A stretch of 64,000 bases of DNA from Eledone cirrhosa. Its lineage: Eukaryota. The notes below the pieces were generated by a model. That model made no database searches. It was given only the letters and a program-made list of their open reading frames with translations, and had not been told where the DNA came from. Both the position numbers and the translations under genes were made by a program. Below, one piece after another: positions 38,290 through 52,243 of this stretch (positions are counted from its first letter, which is position 1; each line of letters opens with the position of its first letter). The stretch lies in the NCBI GenBank assembly GCA_964016885.1, contig OZ024742.1, positions 151,528,001 through 151,592,000 of the forward strand, in the 5' to 3' direction.

Positions 38290-40900
38290 TAATAAAAACA
38301 ATGAAATAAAAACAAAGAACAAGTTCCTTATATTAAAAATTCATCATTTTACGATCGTTTCTGGGATGTATATGTGTGTTGGTAAGTATATCATATAGAT
38401 CTATGTAAAAATATTACAAATTATCAGAGGAAATATACATACCTTCACATATACAAGCGGTCCTCAGAAATGATGAGGTGTGTTTATTGAAAAAACCCAA
38501 CAAAGATTCAATATAAAAAATCTGTTTGGGAACAGGTTTTGAATTGACCAATAGAAAAGTAGTTAGAGGTCAAGTTGATAGAATAGTAGTAGTGGACATT
38601 TAATTTAGGGGTAGAGGAGTGTAGACTTATGTTTTGAATGAAAAGAATAATACTTTGGGGATGAAAAGAGGTCAAGCCAAGGAGATAGTGAAAGGTAGAC
38701 GAAAATTTGATGTTATTAAAGAATAATGTTAAAAACGAATGAAAATAAAATTTTAGGGTAAGGGTATTAGTGAGAGATACCAATCTTATTTAAACAACAA
38801 GGAATCTAGATCTATGACAAGAAATTAAATTAATTGATAGGTATACTTATAGGGATAAAGTTATATTAATTCATATGAATGTGATAAATAAGAATTAGAT
38901 GTTATTAAAGAGTGTTGTTAAAACGAAGGAAAGTAAAATTTTGGGATAAGGGTAGTAGTGAGAAATACCAATCTTATTTAAACTACAAGGAATCTAGATA
39001 CATAACAGGAAATTAAATTAATTTATAGGTATACTTTTAGGTATTAATTTTAGGAAAAGAGAGTTGTAAGGGGGAAATAAAATTATGAAGTTCCCTGTAG
39101 TAAAATACTAATTATAGGTTAACTAAATTAACAAAAACAATTATAATAATTTGTAAAATATAAGAGTAAGGTGTATATTAATTTGGTTTATAATATTTGA
39201 AGGTTCTTCTAATTCTATGATTGCAAGATATAATTAATTCCTGTCGCTTATTTAATAGGATATCCTTAGATTTCATGATTTCAAAAAGTTCCTGGGAGCA
39301 TAACCTACACTCGTATCTGCTATTTTGATAAGGGGTGGCCCTTTTGAGCACGCTCTAGGTCAGGTTGTAATCAATACTCTTCTTACTATAATTATTAATT
39401 ATTTCAGCCAAGGATGTTGTATTAGCTAATGCGGCATTTTTAAAACTATGTTTCTGGGTATTAAATCTAACTTTAAATTGGTTAGACGTAGATCCTATAT
39501 ATGAATAAGTAGAGTCATTAGTGGTAATTTTACATTTATAGACTATGTTATTAATAAGACAATTTCCCTTTAATGGGCAATTTCTTTTGATTCTACAGTT
39601 ACAAACATTCGTGAATATTATATCAGGGGAGTTAGTCAAATTTGGTGTGGAGTTTACTCGACTTGTTATAGGTGAAGGAGATGGTGGTTTGTTGCGGTTT
39701 ATTTTAGTATTATGGTTGGTTTGATGTGTTGGTGGTATATTTGTGGGTTTTTTACACTTATATGCGTTGTACGCACTTATATTCTGTTGTATATTTTTGG
39801 TAGTGGAGTAGGAACATTTGACAGTTGATCTATTTAAAATTTGATGGTATTTATGGTTTGGTGGGAAGTTTTTCTCTAGGATAGCAAATAATTTTTTAGG
39901 GATATTGTCTTTAATTTGTAGATTAAATGGAGCATTATACCAAGTAACCCGTCTATTACGGTTTCTATATTGTTTTTATATATATACGATGTATCAGGAT
40001 GTTTACTAAGATAGTTACTATTAGTGACTTTATTATTAGGTTTAGTTAGATTAACTGATTTAGGTGTTTTAGTCTGATTACTAGGAATGTTGTTAGTAAT
40101 GTTGTTAACATATATTGGAGTATTAGGATGAATGGTTTTTTGAAAGTCATTATATTTTATGTGAGGAGAGGTAGAGAAATTAAGTTTTAATTTGGTATTT
40201 TTAGGTGTAGTATGAGTGACATTTAGGTGTGGGTTTTTCATTTGGTGTTTGTTGGTAATATTGGGTTGTATGTTTGAAGTATTATTGGTGCAAGTTATAT
40301 AGACTAATTTGTTTTTGTGGCCGCTTCTAGCTAAAGCTTCGTTATAAAAGGGCGCGTTTTTATAGAATACACCCTGGTTAGATGAAAGGTTAGAGATTCT
40401 GAGTGAGATGTTATATGCTAGGTTTTTAAGGATAGATCTAGGGTGATTGGATTGTGAGTGTATGTATTGTAAGTTTTGGTTAGGTTTATGGTAAGGTTGG
40501 TAGATACCCGTAGATAGGTCTAAAGTTATATCTAGGAAATTGACTATTTTACTGGTGTTTTCAAATGTAATAGTGAGACTATAATAGTCTTTGAGGAAAG
40601 TTCTAATAAGTTTTTTATTTCTTTCAATTTCTGATAGGCTAAGATTAGTGGAAAGAAGAAGACAGTCATCACGATATAAACCCCATTTAAGGTGGGGAAA
40701 AGATGAATTAATGTTAAATAGAAGAAAGAGGCCCACAAGATCGGTAATTTGGGCGGAATCACTAGAGCCCATAGTTATCTCGAAGAGATTACTATATGTA
40801 TTTCTGGTCCAGTATTCCTTCTGAAACTTCAGTAGTGTTTGTCTAACGTGCGTGATAATATTAATGTCATCCATAGTTAAGTCTGATCTATTTTTGGCAA
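38290..40900 (-). mobile_element. 5'-truncated Penelope-like element (RT + C-terminal GIY-YIG endonuclease)
   Basis: TMGSSDSAQITDL, LYRDD, VNFLDI, YHKP..YIH..SNHP; linker CNCRIKRNCPLKGNC; IVY..YIG.T..FK.R; AT-rich 3' region with ~150-bp direct repeat (38709-38855 and 38898-39040); ends at (TA)n. Confidence 0.88.
39200..40874 (-). pseudogene. PLE RT/GIY-YIG ORF, frameshifted near 39960, internal stop at ~39356
   Basis: ORFs 39876..40874 and 39355..39639, plus TWYNAPFN..NFPPNHKYHQILNRSTVKCSYS in another frame. Confidence 0.85.
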
Positions 40901-41638
40901 ATATATATTACAATAACAGATTAGAGTTTAAGCATAGAATCGCTGCTTTCACCCTTAACGGGATCTTCTGAAACTAAAAAAATCAATTTGTGAACGCAGA
41001 AGTAAATATTTCGAAATGTTTTTATCAGTGATGCATTTGATTATGTAATCGCCGGCCTTTTTTGTTTATATTTTATGTTTGTGTATGCAAAAATATCTAT
41101 ATTAATATATATCTATATTAAAATAATATATTAAAGTTTAAGCAAAGAATCGCTGCTTTCACCCTTAACGGGATCTTCTGAAACTAAAAAAATCAATCTG
41201 TGAACGCAGATGTAAATATTTCGAAAAACGTTGCAACCAACCGAAGGAAAACAGGAAGACTATACTTTGGTTCGTGAAGACGTTCCCTGGCATAAGAATA
41301 TATATATATATACACACACTATATATACATAAACTCACACACTGATCGTGTCATAATGACGTAATGCAGACAGTCAGGCATACAGACATATATTATAAGG
41401 GCGCGACGTTATATCTATGTATCTATCTAAAAAGAGAAACTCTAAGAATTATATATAGAGAGAAAGAGATCGCTAAATCGTCTAATTCAGTCCCTAGGGC
41501 ATTGAACATTTGAAATTCTTTTTGCTCAAAACACTCACGGGACCATAAGTATTACATATGTAAAGTTTGAAAAACTCGGTTGGGTGGTTATCAAGTTTTA
41601 GTGATTGGACAGGCAGACAGACATTCTCTGTTTTAGTA

Positions 41639-41671
<33 letters not shown>

Positions 41672-41688
41672 ATTATATATATATATGA

Positions 41689-41719
<31 letters not shown>

Positions 41720-41775
41720 TATGTGTGTGTGTGTGTATGTGTGTGTGTGTCTATGAATGTATATCTATTTATCAT

Positions 41776-41806
<31 letters not shown>

Positions 41807-41823
41807 CATATATATATATCTAT

Positions 41824-41854
<31 letters not shown>

Positions 41855-42103
41855 GTAAAAGTTCTATTTAAATTGTTGGGGTGCAACAAGCAAATATTTT
41901 TATAACTGATATAAAGCACTCAACAAATATTTGGAGTAAAAATACGATATTAACAAACGGAAACTATATTTATAAAACTATATTTATAAAACAAATGGAA
42001 ACTATATTTATTTCATTATACATATTTCAAGGGAACTTCCAACAGTAATGGTTGCATTCTTTAAGGGTATGTCAATATTTATTCATAAAACTGCTCTATA
42101 TTA

Positions 42104-42168
42104 TATTTTATCTGATGAAAGCACACCATAATTTAACTTGGTGTCCTTGAAATATGTATAATGAAATA
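42104..42168 (+). ncRNA. Type I hammerhead ribozyme motif
   Basis: Stem I tattttat/atgaaata; CTGATGA 42112-42118; stem II aag(c)acacca/tggtgt(c)ctt; GAAA 42149-42152; self-complementary stem III tatgta; ATA triplet; followed by aataaa. Confidence 0.8.
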
Positions 42169-42207
42169 AATATGGTTTTATAAATATAGTTTCCATTTGT
42201 TAATATC

Positions 42208-42307
<100 letters not shown>

Positions 42308-42728
42308 GTCTTGTTTTTTTTTAATTGAGTTTGAATTATTTTACCACATCTTACGTTAATTATTTTCCATTTTGACGACGTTATAGTCACTTATATATTA
42401 TGAAATACTGTTGGCTTCTTACTCACAATAATTTCTATATTTTCATTTATATTTATGCTCGGAATTTTTCCTAGAGTGCTGAAAATTATTTGTGACTAAT
42501 CCCGGTCTTTTTAAAAAAAAAACAGCGATAATATTGCTATTTTGCTGAACTCCTTACATTTTGTAGAGTATTTTCGGATTGTTTTTGACTGCTGTTTCTT
42601 GTAAATAGACATTCGCCTCATTCTGACGTCACCAGCCATGTCTCTTCATGTGTGTTTAATTTCATAATTACGCACGAGGTGAACTAGCCTGCTTTTAAAT
42701 TCCCTTTTTGGCATATTTTGGCAGTGAT

Positions 42729-42920
42729 CTTAGGGTTATAGTGTTTGAGCTCTACTGATGAACGGTGTCAAATTTAAAAAGACTATTTCACGAAACTTTT
42801 CAGTGGGAATGGTCTCGGTTGAAGTCGTTCATCAGTAGAGCTGAAACACGATAACCCTAAGTTTAAATACTCATCCTTCAATTTGTAGTTTTTCCAAATT
42901 GAAGGATGAGTATTTAAACT
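42729..42920. repeat. Two adjacent hairpins
   Basis: cttagggttatagtgtttgagctctactgatgaacg / cgttcatcagtagagctgaaacacgataaccctaag; agtttaaatactcatccttcaatttg / caaattgaaggatgagtatttaaact. Confidence 0.85.
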
Positions 42921-43132
42921 TTATTTTATTCTGAGTTAAGACTCTATTGGTTTTTCCCTGGATTTCACAAAATCTGTGGATAAAATCTCTGTCTTGAATT
43001 TTTTTTTGAATTAAGTTTGAATTATTTTCCCACATCATACGTTAATTATTTTCCATTTTGACGTTATAGTCATTTATATATATTATGAAATACTGTTGGC
43101 TTCTTGCTCACAATAATTTCTATATTTTCATT

Positions 43133-43198
<66 letters not shown>

Positions 43199-43410
43199 TA
43201 TGTATACGTACATACATATATGTATACAGACGTACAGTAGTATGTATATATATATATATAGATACATACATGCACACATATATATATGTACGTATGGATT
43301 CACCGAACATTTATTATAATACTCGGTGTGTTTGTAAACAAACATCCCGAATTAAGCCGTACAGTATCTAGTAACCATCGTTGCTCATTTGTTCAACACT
43401 GACAAAGGAA

Positions 43411-43451
43411 CGCTGTACTAGTTTCAAGCTTATTAGCTATCGTCAGCAACG
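43411..43451 (-). ncRNA. Minimal type I hammerhead ribozyme motif
   Basis: Minus strand: cgttg CTGACGA tagc-taataa-gctt GAAA ctag TA cagcg; palindromic stem III actagt; GTA triplet. Confidence 0.8.
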
Positions 43452-43583
43452 TATACCCCAAGTATCGAGCACTCTGATGGGTTATGGTCCATCTGTTATT
43501 TTACCACACCCTTTCTGATATATATATATATATATCGTGTGTGTGTGTGTGTTTGTGTGTTTGTGCCTGTATGAACGTACGTA

Positions 43584-44466
43584 TCTATAATCTATATATA
43601 TAAAACTGTGGTTGTCTGTCTGTCTATCGATTTTTGGCACACATCTCCTCTTAGAATCTCTCACGGAATTGCACCAAAATTGCTAAACTTGTACATTGAG
43701 CCCTAGCGAAGACATCGGAAAAAGAAATTTCAAATTGACCCACCCTATGTGACGAAAGCGAATATAATGTATCGATTTTTGAGCGTAAGTTATCAGTTAT
43801 TTCCCTTTGTTCTGTTTACATTGAGCGTCTTACGTAAAATATTACGCTCGCTTTAACAGTTGTCGAGCCAGCAAAATATTGACCTGCAAAATTCATCAGT
43901 TTGAACACTAAGCTTCCGTTTTGCTTCATTTCCATTTAAAAGCATTTTAAAACAATATTTTTACTTGAAAACAAGTCTATTTAAAGACTACGTAAAACAA
44001 GCAAATATTTCGTCGTTAGGCGTGCAGACAGACAGTCGTGCAGACAGACAGTCGTGCAGAGAGGTGATATACGCGTGCAGACAGACAGTCGTGCAGAGAG
44101 GTGATATAGGCGTGCAGACAGACAGTCGTGCAGAGAGGTGATATAGGCGTGCAGACAGACATAACTGATAATTTGGTTACGCTAATGTTTTTCTCTGCGT
44201 TGCAGTGTTTACATTTTCGATCTTTGTTAATAAATAACCAGTGCAGTTTTTATCCCCAGCATCCTCTTTTGTTATAACATTGGGGTTATCGTTATGTTTT
44301 CTTAACTTCATAAGGCATATTGTTGGTTGAGGGAATATTAATCAAAAACACCACATGCAAGTCTGCACAGTAGACACTACAGTTTTTAAGCCAATGAAGA
44401 AACTTAACATTGTAACTTTAACACAGCTACTGAGCGACCCCGAGCAACGCCGGGCTTTACTGCTAG
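43584..44466 (+). mobile_element. Non-autonomous Helitron
   Basis: A|TC start (atctataatctatatatataaaac); 3' hairpin cccgagcaacgccggg followed by CTAG|T; internal ~37-bp tandem repeats at 44020-44160. Confidence 0.8.
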
Positions 44467-44812
44467 TATATCATAAAATGGGAAAAAATAAAAACGAGAG
44501 AAAATTATAATTGTCGAGTAAGATTATTTACTTATTCTCAGCTGGTGTCTCGCCTGATTGCTACTCGGAGATTCCCGTATACTGTAGGCATTTGTGTGTG
44601 TATGCATGTGTGTGTATGAGTGTGTATGGTGTGTGTGTTCCTTGACTGTGTGCGTGTGTATGTGTGTATCTGTGTGCATGTGTATGTGTGTATCTGTGTG
44701 TCTCTGTGTCTGTATGTACCTGTGTCTATATGTATTATATGTGTGTATGTGTTTATGTATGTGTGTATGTGTGCGTATGTGTGTCTGTACACGTGCTAGT
44801 ATGTGTGAGAGA

Positions 44813-44888
<76 letters not shown>

Positions 44889-45526
44889 CTTTCCACTATA
44901 TAGGTTAGACATTGCTGCAGGCCTTAATATTTTTATATATTCTTGAAGATTGTATGCTTTCATGAGAGATTTCAGCAGTTCATGGCTTCTGTTGTGTCTT
45001 TAACGTCATTTTTGTTGTTATTGAGGTTGTCATAGTAAGTCATTTGTTTTAGTTCGAAAGGAAGAGGGGTAACAAGAGATAGTTTTCACTTGTTTCAGTC
45101 ATAATAAACGCCATATTTTCAATGGTGTTGGCAATGGTGATAAAGGTAATTTTAACATTTTAGAAAAAGGATGTTAGTTTGAAGATTTTAGTTTTTTTCT
45201 TTGAAGACTGTAGCCTATATCATACTGAAACATACAAACACCCACACACTCAAACACAAACACACACACTTATATATATATACACATCAATTTATGCGTA
45301 TGTATGACAATATACATATGCATATTAAAACTTACAGAGACAAATACAACTCACACAAACATAGACACAAATAGTAATATACACGCACATATAATAAGAC
45401 ACGCATACACATATGAATACACGTTCTTGGTTACACAAATACAGTTTGCTGCCAATAATATAAAAGACAAAAATCCAAAAATATTGCTCCATAATCTATC
45501 ATTCACACAGCATTAACACACACAAA

Positions 45527-45663
<137 letters not shown>

Positions 45664-46658
45664 TGTTAACTCCATCTTGACTTGTTGTCTTTAGGCTTTT
45701 CTCTCTGAGGAGGCATAGAGCAAAACAAATAGTCGTCGAGGAGGTCACAGAACATCTGACGCAAAAACTTCGACAAACTAACTAATGACTAATAATGAAG
45801 CTGAAGTGAAATGAAATAGTGCGTGTATCTTTTATTGACTATATTGGCAACATGACTATTCCCAAGTATAACGCTATCTGTTTCAACACACGGCTTCACA
45901 CCAAGGATCTTGCAAAACAGATACATATATATACGTATATATATATATTTTCTTTTATCTTTATCTTCATTCCCAAGTGTGAACTTAAGACTGTGTCTCC
46001 CATTCTGTGTTCTTCTTATTTATTCTTGAACTACTATTTCACGCTTATGCGATGACCCTGCTATTTCATCACGATCTATCCGGCATCTTGGAAATCTTCA
46101 TCTAAGGACTTCGAATTGGTAGACTTTTGGAACAGCTTTTGCACTGCACTAACCTTCTGCAACCTTCCTTTACCATTTTTCTTTCTACTTTTTCCTTCTC
46201 ACTTTCCCGTTTGCTTTGCCTCTGGTTACGCACCACACCTTGCTTCCTCCCCTTCCACTTATGAGTACTTCTTCACACACTATGTCCTACCAGAGTACCA
46301 TCCTCCAACACCTTTATTCCCGCCTAAAAATCTTCCTCCCTGCTCTCCGTCTTCTGTATCTAACCTGGACACCGACTGTTTTACCTCCTCTTCGCTAAGT
46401 CCCTACACTTCAGGCACATCATTTTCCTCAGTCGCTGCCTTCATCTTCATCTCACCACCTGGGTTTCCCATTAACCTCCATACCACAACCACATCTTTAG
46501 AATGTTTTTTTCTTCCCAACCTTCCAGTCTTCCTTTTTTCCAGGCTTCTCACTCTCCGAAAGCTGCTCTTTCCGATACGCTTAGACTTTTATTAACTATT
46601 TTCTTTTTTATTTATCTTCATTCCCGAGCATTGTGAACCCAATAAGACTTTGTGTTTG

Positions 46659-46707
<49 letters not shown>

Positions 46708-46713
46708 CTCTCC

Positions 46714-46779
<66 letters not shown>

Positions 46780-46800
46780 ATATGTATATATATATATGTA

Positions 46801-46922
<122 letters not shown>

Positions 46923-46927
46923 CACAA

Positions 46928-46972
<45 letters not shown>

Positions 46973-47729
46973 CCAAGATAATAATAAATGGAAACTATAT
47001 TTATAAAACCATATTTATTTTATTATATATATATATATATTTGTGTATAAGGCTGAGTCATGGATTTATTAGTTTCATGCATTTTCCTAGTGCTGTTAGT
47101 GGAAGTGCTGATGGCAATGGTGGTTGCTGTGTGTGTTGTGGTAATAGTTGTGATGCTGGTGGTGATTGTGGTGGTGTGGGGTTGGTGAGGAATGTAGTGA
47201 TAGTGATGGTAATGGTGCTGATAGTGGCTATGATATACGTATTGGTGATTGTTGGGGCGGTGCCTATGTTAGTAGTAATAATGCTGGTGGTGATTATTGA
47301 GGTAGTGTTGGTGGGGGTGTCATTGCTTTCATGGAGGTATCGGTGGTGGTCTCGTTATCAGGATATTGATAGTTGTGATATTCGTGTATGTGATATTGTT
47401 GATAATGGTAATTCTAGTGCGTTTTTATTTGTGTTTATCAACATTATATTTATAATTGTTTCTACTATTGGCACAAGGCCAGCAATTATCCAGTACATTA
47501 CTGGTACTTTATTTTATCGACCCCGCAAGGATGAAAGGCAGAGTTATATTTATAATGTTATTCTGAAAGAATTGTGAGCAATTTGTAATGTTATTTATGT
47601 ATTTGTAATGTTATTTATACTACTGTGAATAAAATCTTTATTTATTTAATACTAGAATTATTGTTGGGGTGATCGTAGTGGTGTTTATAGTGGTAGTATT
47701 GATAGTGGTGTTGGAGGATTGCTCAATAT

Positions 47730-47933
47730 CAGGTATATTAAACGTGCGGCCCGAGGGCCTATACAAGCACAGTTGCGGCCCGAGCAAAGGTTTTTACAGC
47801 GCGAGCATTTTTTATCTTCGTAACATAAAATAAAATATATTAGTTGTAGTTTGTGCAATTAGTTGTCGTGTGTGGCCCTCAGACATGTGACCCATGTGGC
47901 CCTCCTCGGAGGACCCTCACTTTGACATGCCTT
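47730..47933. mobile_element. Degenerate hAT-like MITE
   Basis: Imperfect TIRs caggtatattaaa / tttgacatgcct, with subterminal gcggccc/gtggccc motifs; no clear TSD. Confidence 0.45.
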
Positions 47934-48221
47934 TAAAGTTTATATGATATTTTATAGCGTATTATGCTAGATTTATAAAAAAACATTAAAACCAAACGCT
48001 CATCATTGAAATCGACGAAGGACATCTCAGCATTACAGAAGCATATAACAATTTACAGTTGTGTCCGACTATGTTAGGACAGCATATCTACTCAGAATCA
48101 ATTATGGTTTCGATCCTACAGGGCTTGATATAAGCTAACACGTGGTCGGATTCAATATATATATATATAAACGCAATATATATGTATATATATCTATATA
48201 TATATATACACATATATATAC

Positions 48222-48302
<81 letters not shown>

Positions 48303-48453
48303 AATATACGTTTGCGGTGCTAACTATATGTATTTTGCGGATAGCCAGTTGTATTATTTTATATGAGACATAATTAAATACATCCCTCTTTCTATATATA
48401 TATTATATATATATATTGATTTATATTTATATATATATTTAGATATATATGTA

Positions 48454-48520
<67 letters not shown>

Positions 48521-48537
48521 GGAATAGAATGAAACGA

Positions 48538-48631
48538 AATTTCATTTCTCACTCTTAGTACGGCACTTACTTAAATGTAAGTATGTATGTATACGTACAT
48601 ACATATATGTATACAGACGTACAGTAGCATG

Positions 48632-48665
<34 letters not shown>

Positions 48666-48905
48666 AATATATATACATACAGGCACATATATATACATGC
48701 ACGTATCAGTTTACCGAACATTTATTATAATGTTCGCTTTGTTCGTTTGTAAACAAACGAACAGTCTGATTTACGCCACCTTTTTGCTCAACACTGACAC
48801 AGGAACGATGTACTAGTTTCATTTCTCAGTTTTAGTACGGCACTTACTTAAATGTAAGTATGTATGTATACGTACATACATATATGTATACAGACGTACA
48901 GTAGC

Positions 48906-48948
<43 letters not shown>

Positions 48949-49000
48949 CAGGCACACATATATACATGCACGTATCAGTTTACCGAACATTTATTATAAT
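48538..49000. repeat. Tandem ~280-bp repeat, related to 43196-43425 (the unit carrying the minus-strand hammerhead)
   Basis: tttcatttctca..ttagtacggcacttacttaaatg..ccgaacatttattataat twice; caacactgaca.aggaacg.tgtactagtttca is shared with 43394-43425. Confidence 0.8.
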
Positions 49001-49272
49001 GTAATATAATATAATAAACGTAATTTAATTGGTAAAAGATGAAATTATGGCTGTCACGTGAACAAGTTTTCATTAAATTTTCGCGCCCTTATTTGGAAAT
49101 CTATTCTGTAGCCTTTTTAGAGAATTTTATGACAAGCAAAAGATAATGGTCAAGAGAAATGGGATGGGAGAATTGTTCTGGTTTAGTGAATATGGTTAGT
49201 TCGCTGGGGTGTCAGAATTCAGAATTTCTATTGAGGTAAAGAAAATAAAGATGTGTATGTTTATTTGTGTGC

Positions 49273-49310
<38 letters not shown>

Positions 49311-49789
49311 TGGAAGATGATTCTATTAGTAGAAATGGGGGAGGGAGTTGTGTGTGTATGTGTGTGTGGGAGTATGTTTAGATGGAGAGAATATATATAT
49401 TTTGTGTGTGTGTATATATATGTGTATGAAAGTGATTCTATTAGTAGAAACGAGGGAGGGAGTTGTGTCTTGCGTGGGGGTGGGGGTTGTTATGTGTGTG
49501 TATGGGTGTTATGTGTGTGGGAGTATGGTTATCATGTTAAGATGAAGAGAATATATATATATATATTGTGTGTGTGTGTGTGTAGGAAAATGATTCCTTT
49601 AATAGGAATATTTTTGAATGAACATATTTTCCTTACTTATTCGTATTTGTTCTGTTGTATTGTCAGCGCAAACGTATCTTAAGGTTTATTTAGTTCGGGT
49701 TTTTATTTTTAAAGTAGCAGGTGTTATGTGTGTGTGTATGTGTCTGTTTGGATGCTTAGCATGTTATGGTGTTGACAAAATATACAACC

Positions 49790-50650
49790 CGGACTATCAA
49801 CAAACCGAACCTCAATACGTCCGAAACTTCTATACAAGACCACACAACAACAGGGGAAATACCATTAGATATAATAATACCATTGAAAAAACATTCCAGA
49901 AAAATATTTTTTAGACCAATGCTACAGGACCCACGACACCCGGTGGCACAAACCGATTTTGAAAAACCGAAATAATCAACCTTTCAAATACAAACCTCCC
50001 AGCCCAACAAGTAAAAATTATCTCCAAAGGAATGAAATTCACACCAACACCACAATACTCTAACCCCAATGAGATAAATGACGATATCTCACACTTCTGT
50101 AGAAAATTACGTCGAATAAATTGTACGGAATAAAAGCAGCTACAACCCAACAAAAGGTAGAAACAGAGTTCTGGACAAATTTTGTGACCACATAGCTACT
50201 TTCCCATACCATGAACTACCGCAACCTAAGCCCAAACCCAACACGAGTCGAAGGGAATTGGAGTTATCCATGAACTAAAAAACAATACGGACATTATAAT
50301 TAAGGAATTAAGGAATCGGACAAGGGAAGTACTCTTGTCATTATGGAGGCTGAAAAATATAAAAATTCTATGCTCTCTCGCTTACAAAATACTAATTACT
50401 ATGAAAGAGTAAAAAACTACCAGCAATCAAAAACAATGACCAGGTTAAACACACTGATTTATCGATACCAGGAAGACCTAACTAAAAAGGAACGCGATTA
50501 TTTAACAGATTTTGAATACAAAACCAGCAACCTTTACGGACTTCCGAAGATTCACAAGTGTAAAATAATTAACGATGCCTGTAAACAATCCACTTCAGCC
50601 TGCGTGAACACACAATACCCCACATACCTTAAATTAAGACCAATTGTTGG
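49790..50650 (+). pseudogene. Penelope-like element RT N-terminal fragment
   Basis: IINLSNTNL..IISKGMKFTPTP..FCRKLR, DKGSTLVIM, SNLYGLPKIHK, LRPIVG; broken by frameshifts and truncated after the RPI motif. Confidence 0.85.
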
Positions 50651-50818
50651 TTTGACATTTTACTCACTTTCTTGCCCTATAGTCTATATTTGTAACTGCA
50701 CACTTTTAGCTTTAGCATGCTTTTCCTTCATATCTCTCATAAGGTTTCATGGATATGAATTCCCTATTCTTCTGAGTTTTGGATATTCTGGCCGTTAATG
50801 CTTCTTATCTGTTTACTT

Positions 50819-50859
50819 GCCCTGATGAGTCCTTATTAATGGGACGAAACATTGTAGGC
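50819..50859 (+). ncRNA. Minimal type I hammerhead ribozyme motif
   Basis: gcc CTGATGA gtcc-ttattaatg-ggac GAAA c-att-g TA ggc, then aataaa at 50861. Confidence 0.88.
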
Positions 50860-51034
50860 TAATAAAGACCTTTGATGTATTGAAGGCTTCTTTGTCTATT
50901 TTTATAATTTTTCAGCTGTGTTGTATTACATTGAGCTATATCTTATACTGTCATTTCTATAATACGACGAGTGTGTTTTACTCCAACGTACTCTAGTATT
51001 TTAATTCTCATATACATATATATGTATATTGCAA

Positions 51035-51121
51035 GGTGTCTGACGAGCCGCGGATAACAGAGTCAGGTCACATCGATACAGATCGAACCTTGAGTTGATC
51101 AGTGGCGAAACGCACGTCACC
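51035..51121 (+). ncRNA. Type I hammerhead motif with long stem II extension
   Basis: CTGACGA 51040-51046; stem II gccgc/gtggc enclosing ~50 nt with further pairing (tcaggt/acct-tga, tcgat/atcga); GAAA 51107-51110; c-gcac-g; GTC triplet; weak stem I; aataaa follows. Confidence 0.7.
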
Positions 51122-51325
51122 AACCAATAAACGTAATGAAGGAGTAACCAATCGTCCTTGTTATATCTTATTTCACTATAATACACTCTCTCTAGCTCTA
51201 CACCTCGTCACTGAAGTGAACCTAAACATCGAGTTCTCACCCGGGTTAGCCTACAGTAACTCCAAGTTACACTCCCTGGATATATATATATATATATATA
51301 CATACATATATATGTATATAAATAT

Positions 51326-51356
<31 letters not shown>

Positions 51357-51670
51357 AATATATATATATGAATATATATATATAAATATATATATATATA
51401 AATATATTATATATATATATAAATATATATATATATGAATATATATATATAAATATATATATATATAAATATATAAGTAAGATGTATGGTAGGTCGTATG
51501 TGAATCGCGATGATCACGTCTGACCTACCAAATATGTGAAGGTAGCTAGTTAAGCTCTATGCGTATACGTAGAGCAGAAATATTAGCCGAGCTGCTGATG
51601 TATACCACAATTTCAAAACTGCTAGCCTTGAGTGATACGTTGATGTAGATAATGATCTTACAGTCACATG

Positions 51671-51714
51671 TTATATGCCTTGAAAAGGTCGGACGAAACG
51701 GCTGTCGGCAATAA
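51671..51714 (+). ncRNA. Minimal hammerhead motif, U3/A8 variant core
   Basis: ttat(a)tgcc TTGAAAA ggtcggac GAAA c-ggct-g TC ggca-ataa; overlapping aataaa. Confidence 0.7.
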
Positions 51715-51769
51715 ACTTGTTATAATGTCATTATAGTTCCTTTGTTCTTTTTCACTAATATAAATAAAT

Positions 51770-51802
<33 letters not shown>

Positions 51803-51805
51803 AAT

Positions 51806-51836
<31 letters not shown>

Positions 51837-51839
51837 AAT

Positions 51840-51870
<31 letters not shown>

Positions 51871-51921
51871 AATATATATATATATAAATATATATATATA
51901 TAAATATATATATATATAAAT

Positions 51922-51999
<78 letters not shown>

Positions 52000-52243
52000 T
52001 ATAATATATATATATATATAAAGAAATATATATAAATATATATAAAGAAATATATATAAATATATATAAAGAAATATATATAAATATATATAAAGAAATA
52101 TATATAAATATATATATGTAAATATATATATATAAAATATATATATTAAATTGTTAAACAATATTCAATGATTATGTCAAAGAATGAGTTTTACAGTAGA
52201 TTACAAGCACTCAACGGGTAAAAATTATTTTCTGGAATTATTA

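Larger units (their letters stand above)
38092..41640 (-). mobile_element. Non-autonomous Helitron containing a nested PLE and foldback-arm fragments
   Basis: Minus-strand 3' end cccgagcaacgtcggg hairpin + ccattctg + CTAG|T at 38092-38119. 5'-like region taaaacagagaatgtctgtctg at ~41615-41637 resembles the start of the Helitron at 43584. The 5' boundary is approximate. Confidence 0.6.

Noticed and set aside
38425-38475. Hammerhead-like ctgagga..gaag on the minus strand near the PLE 3' end
   Set aside because: Core incomplete and no clear stems.
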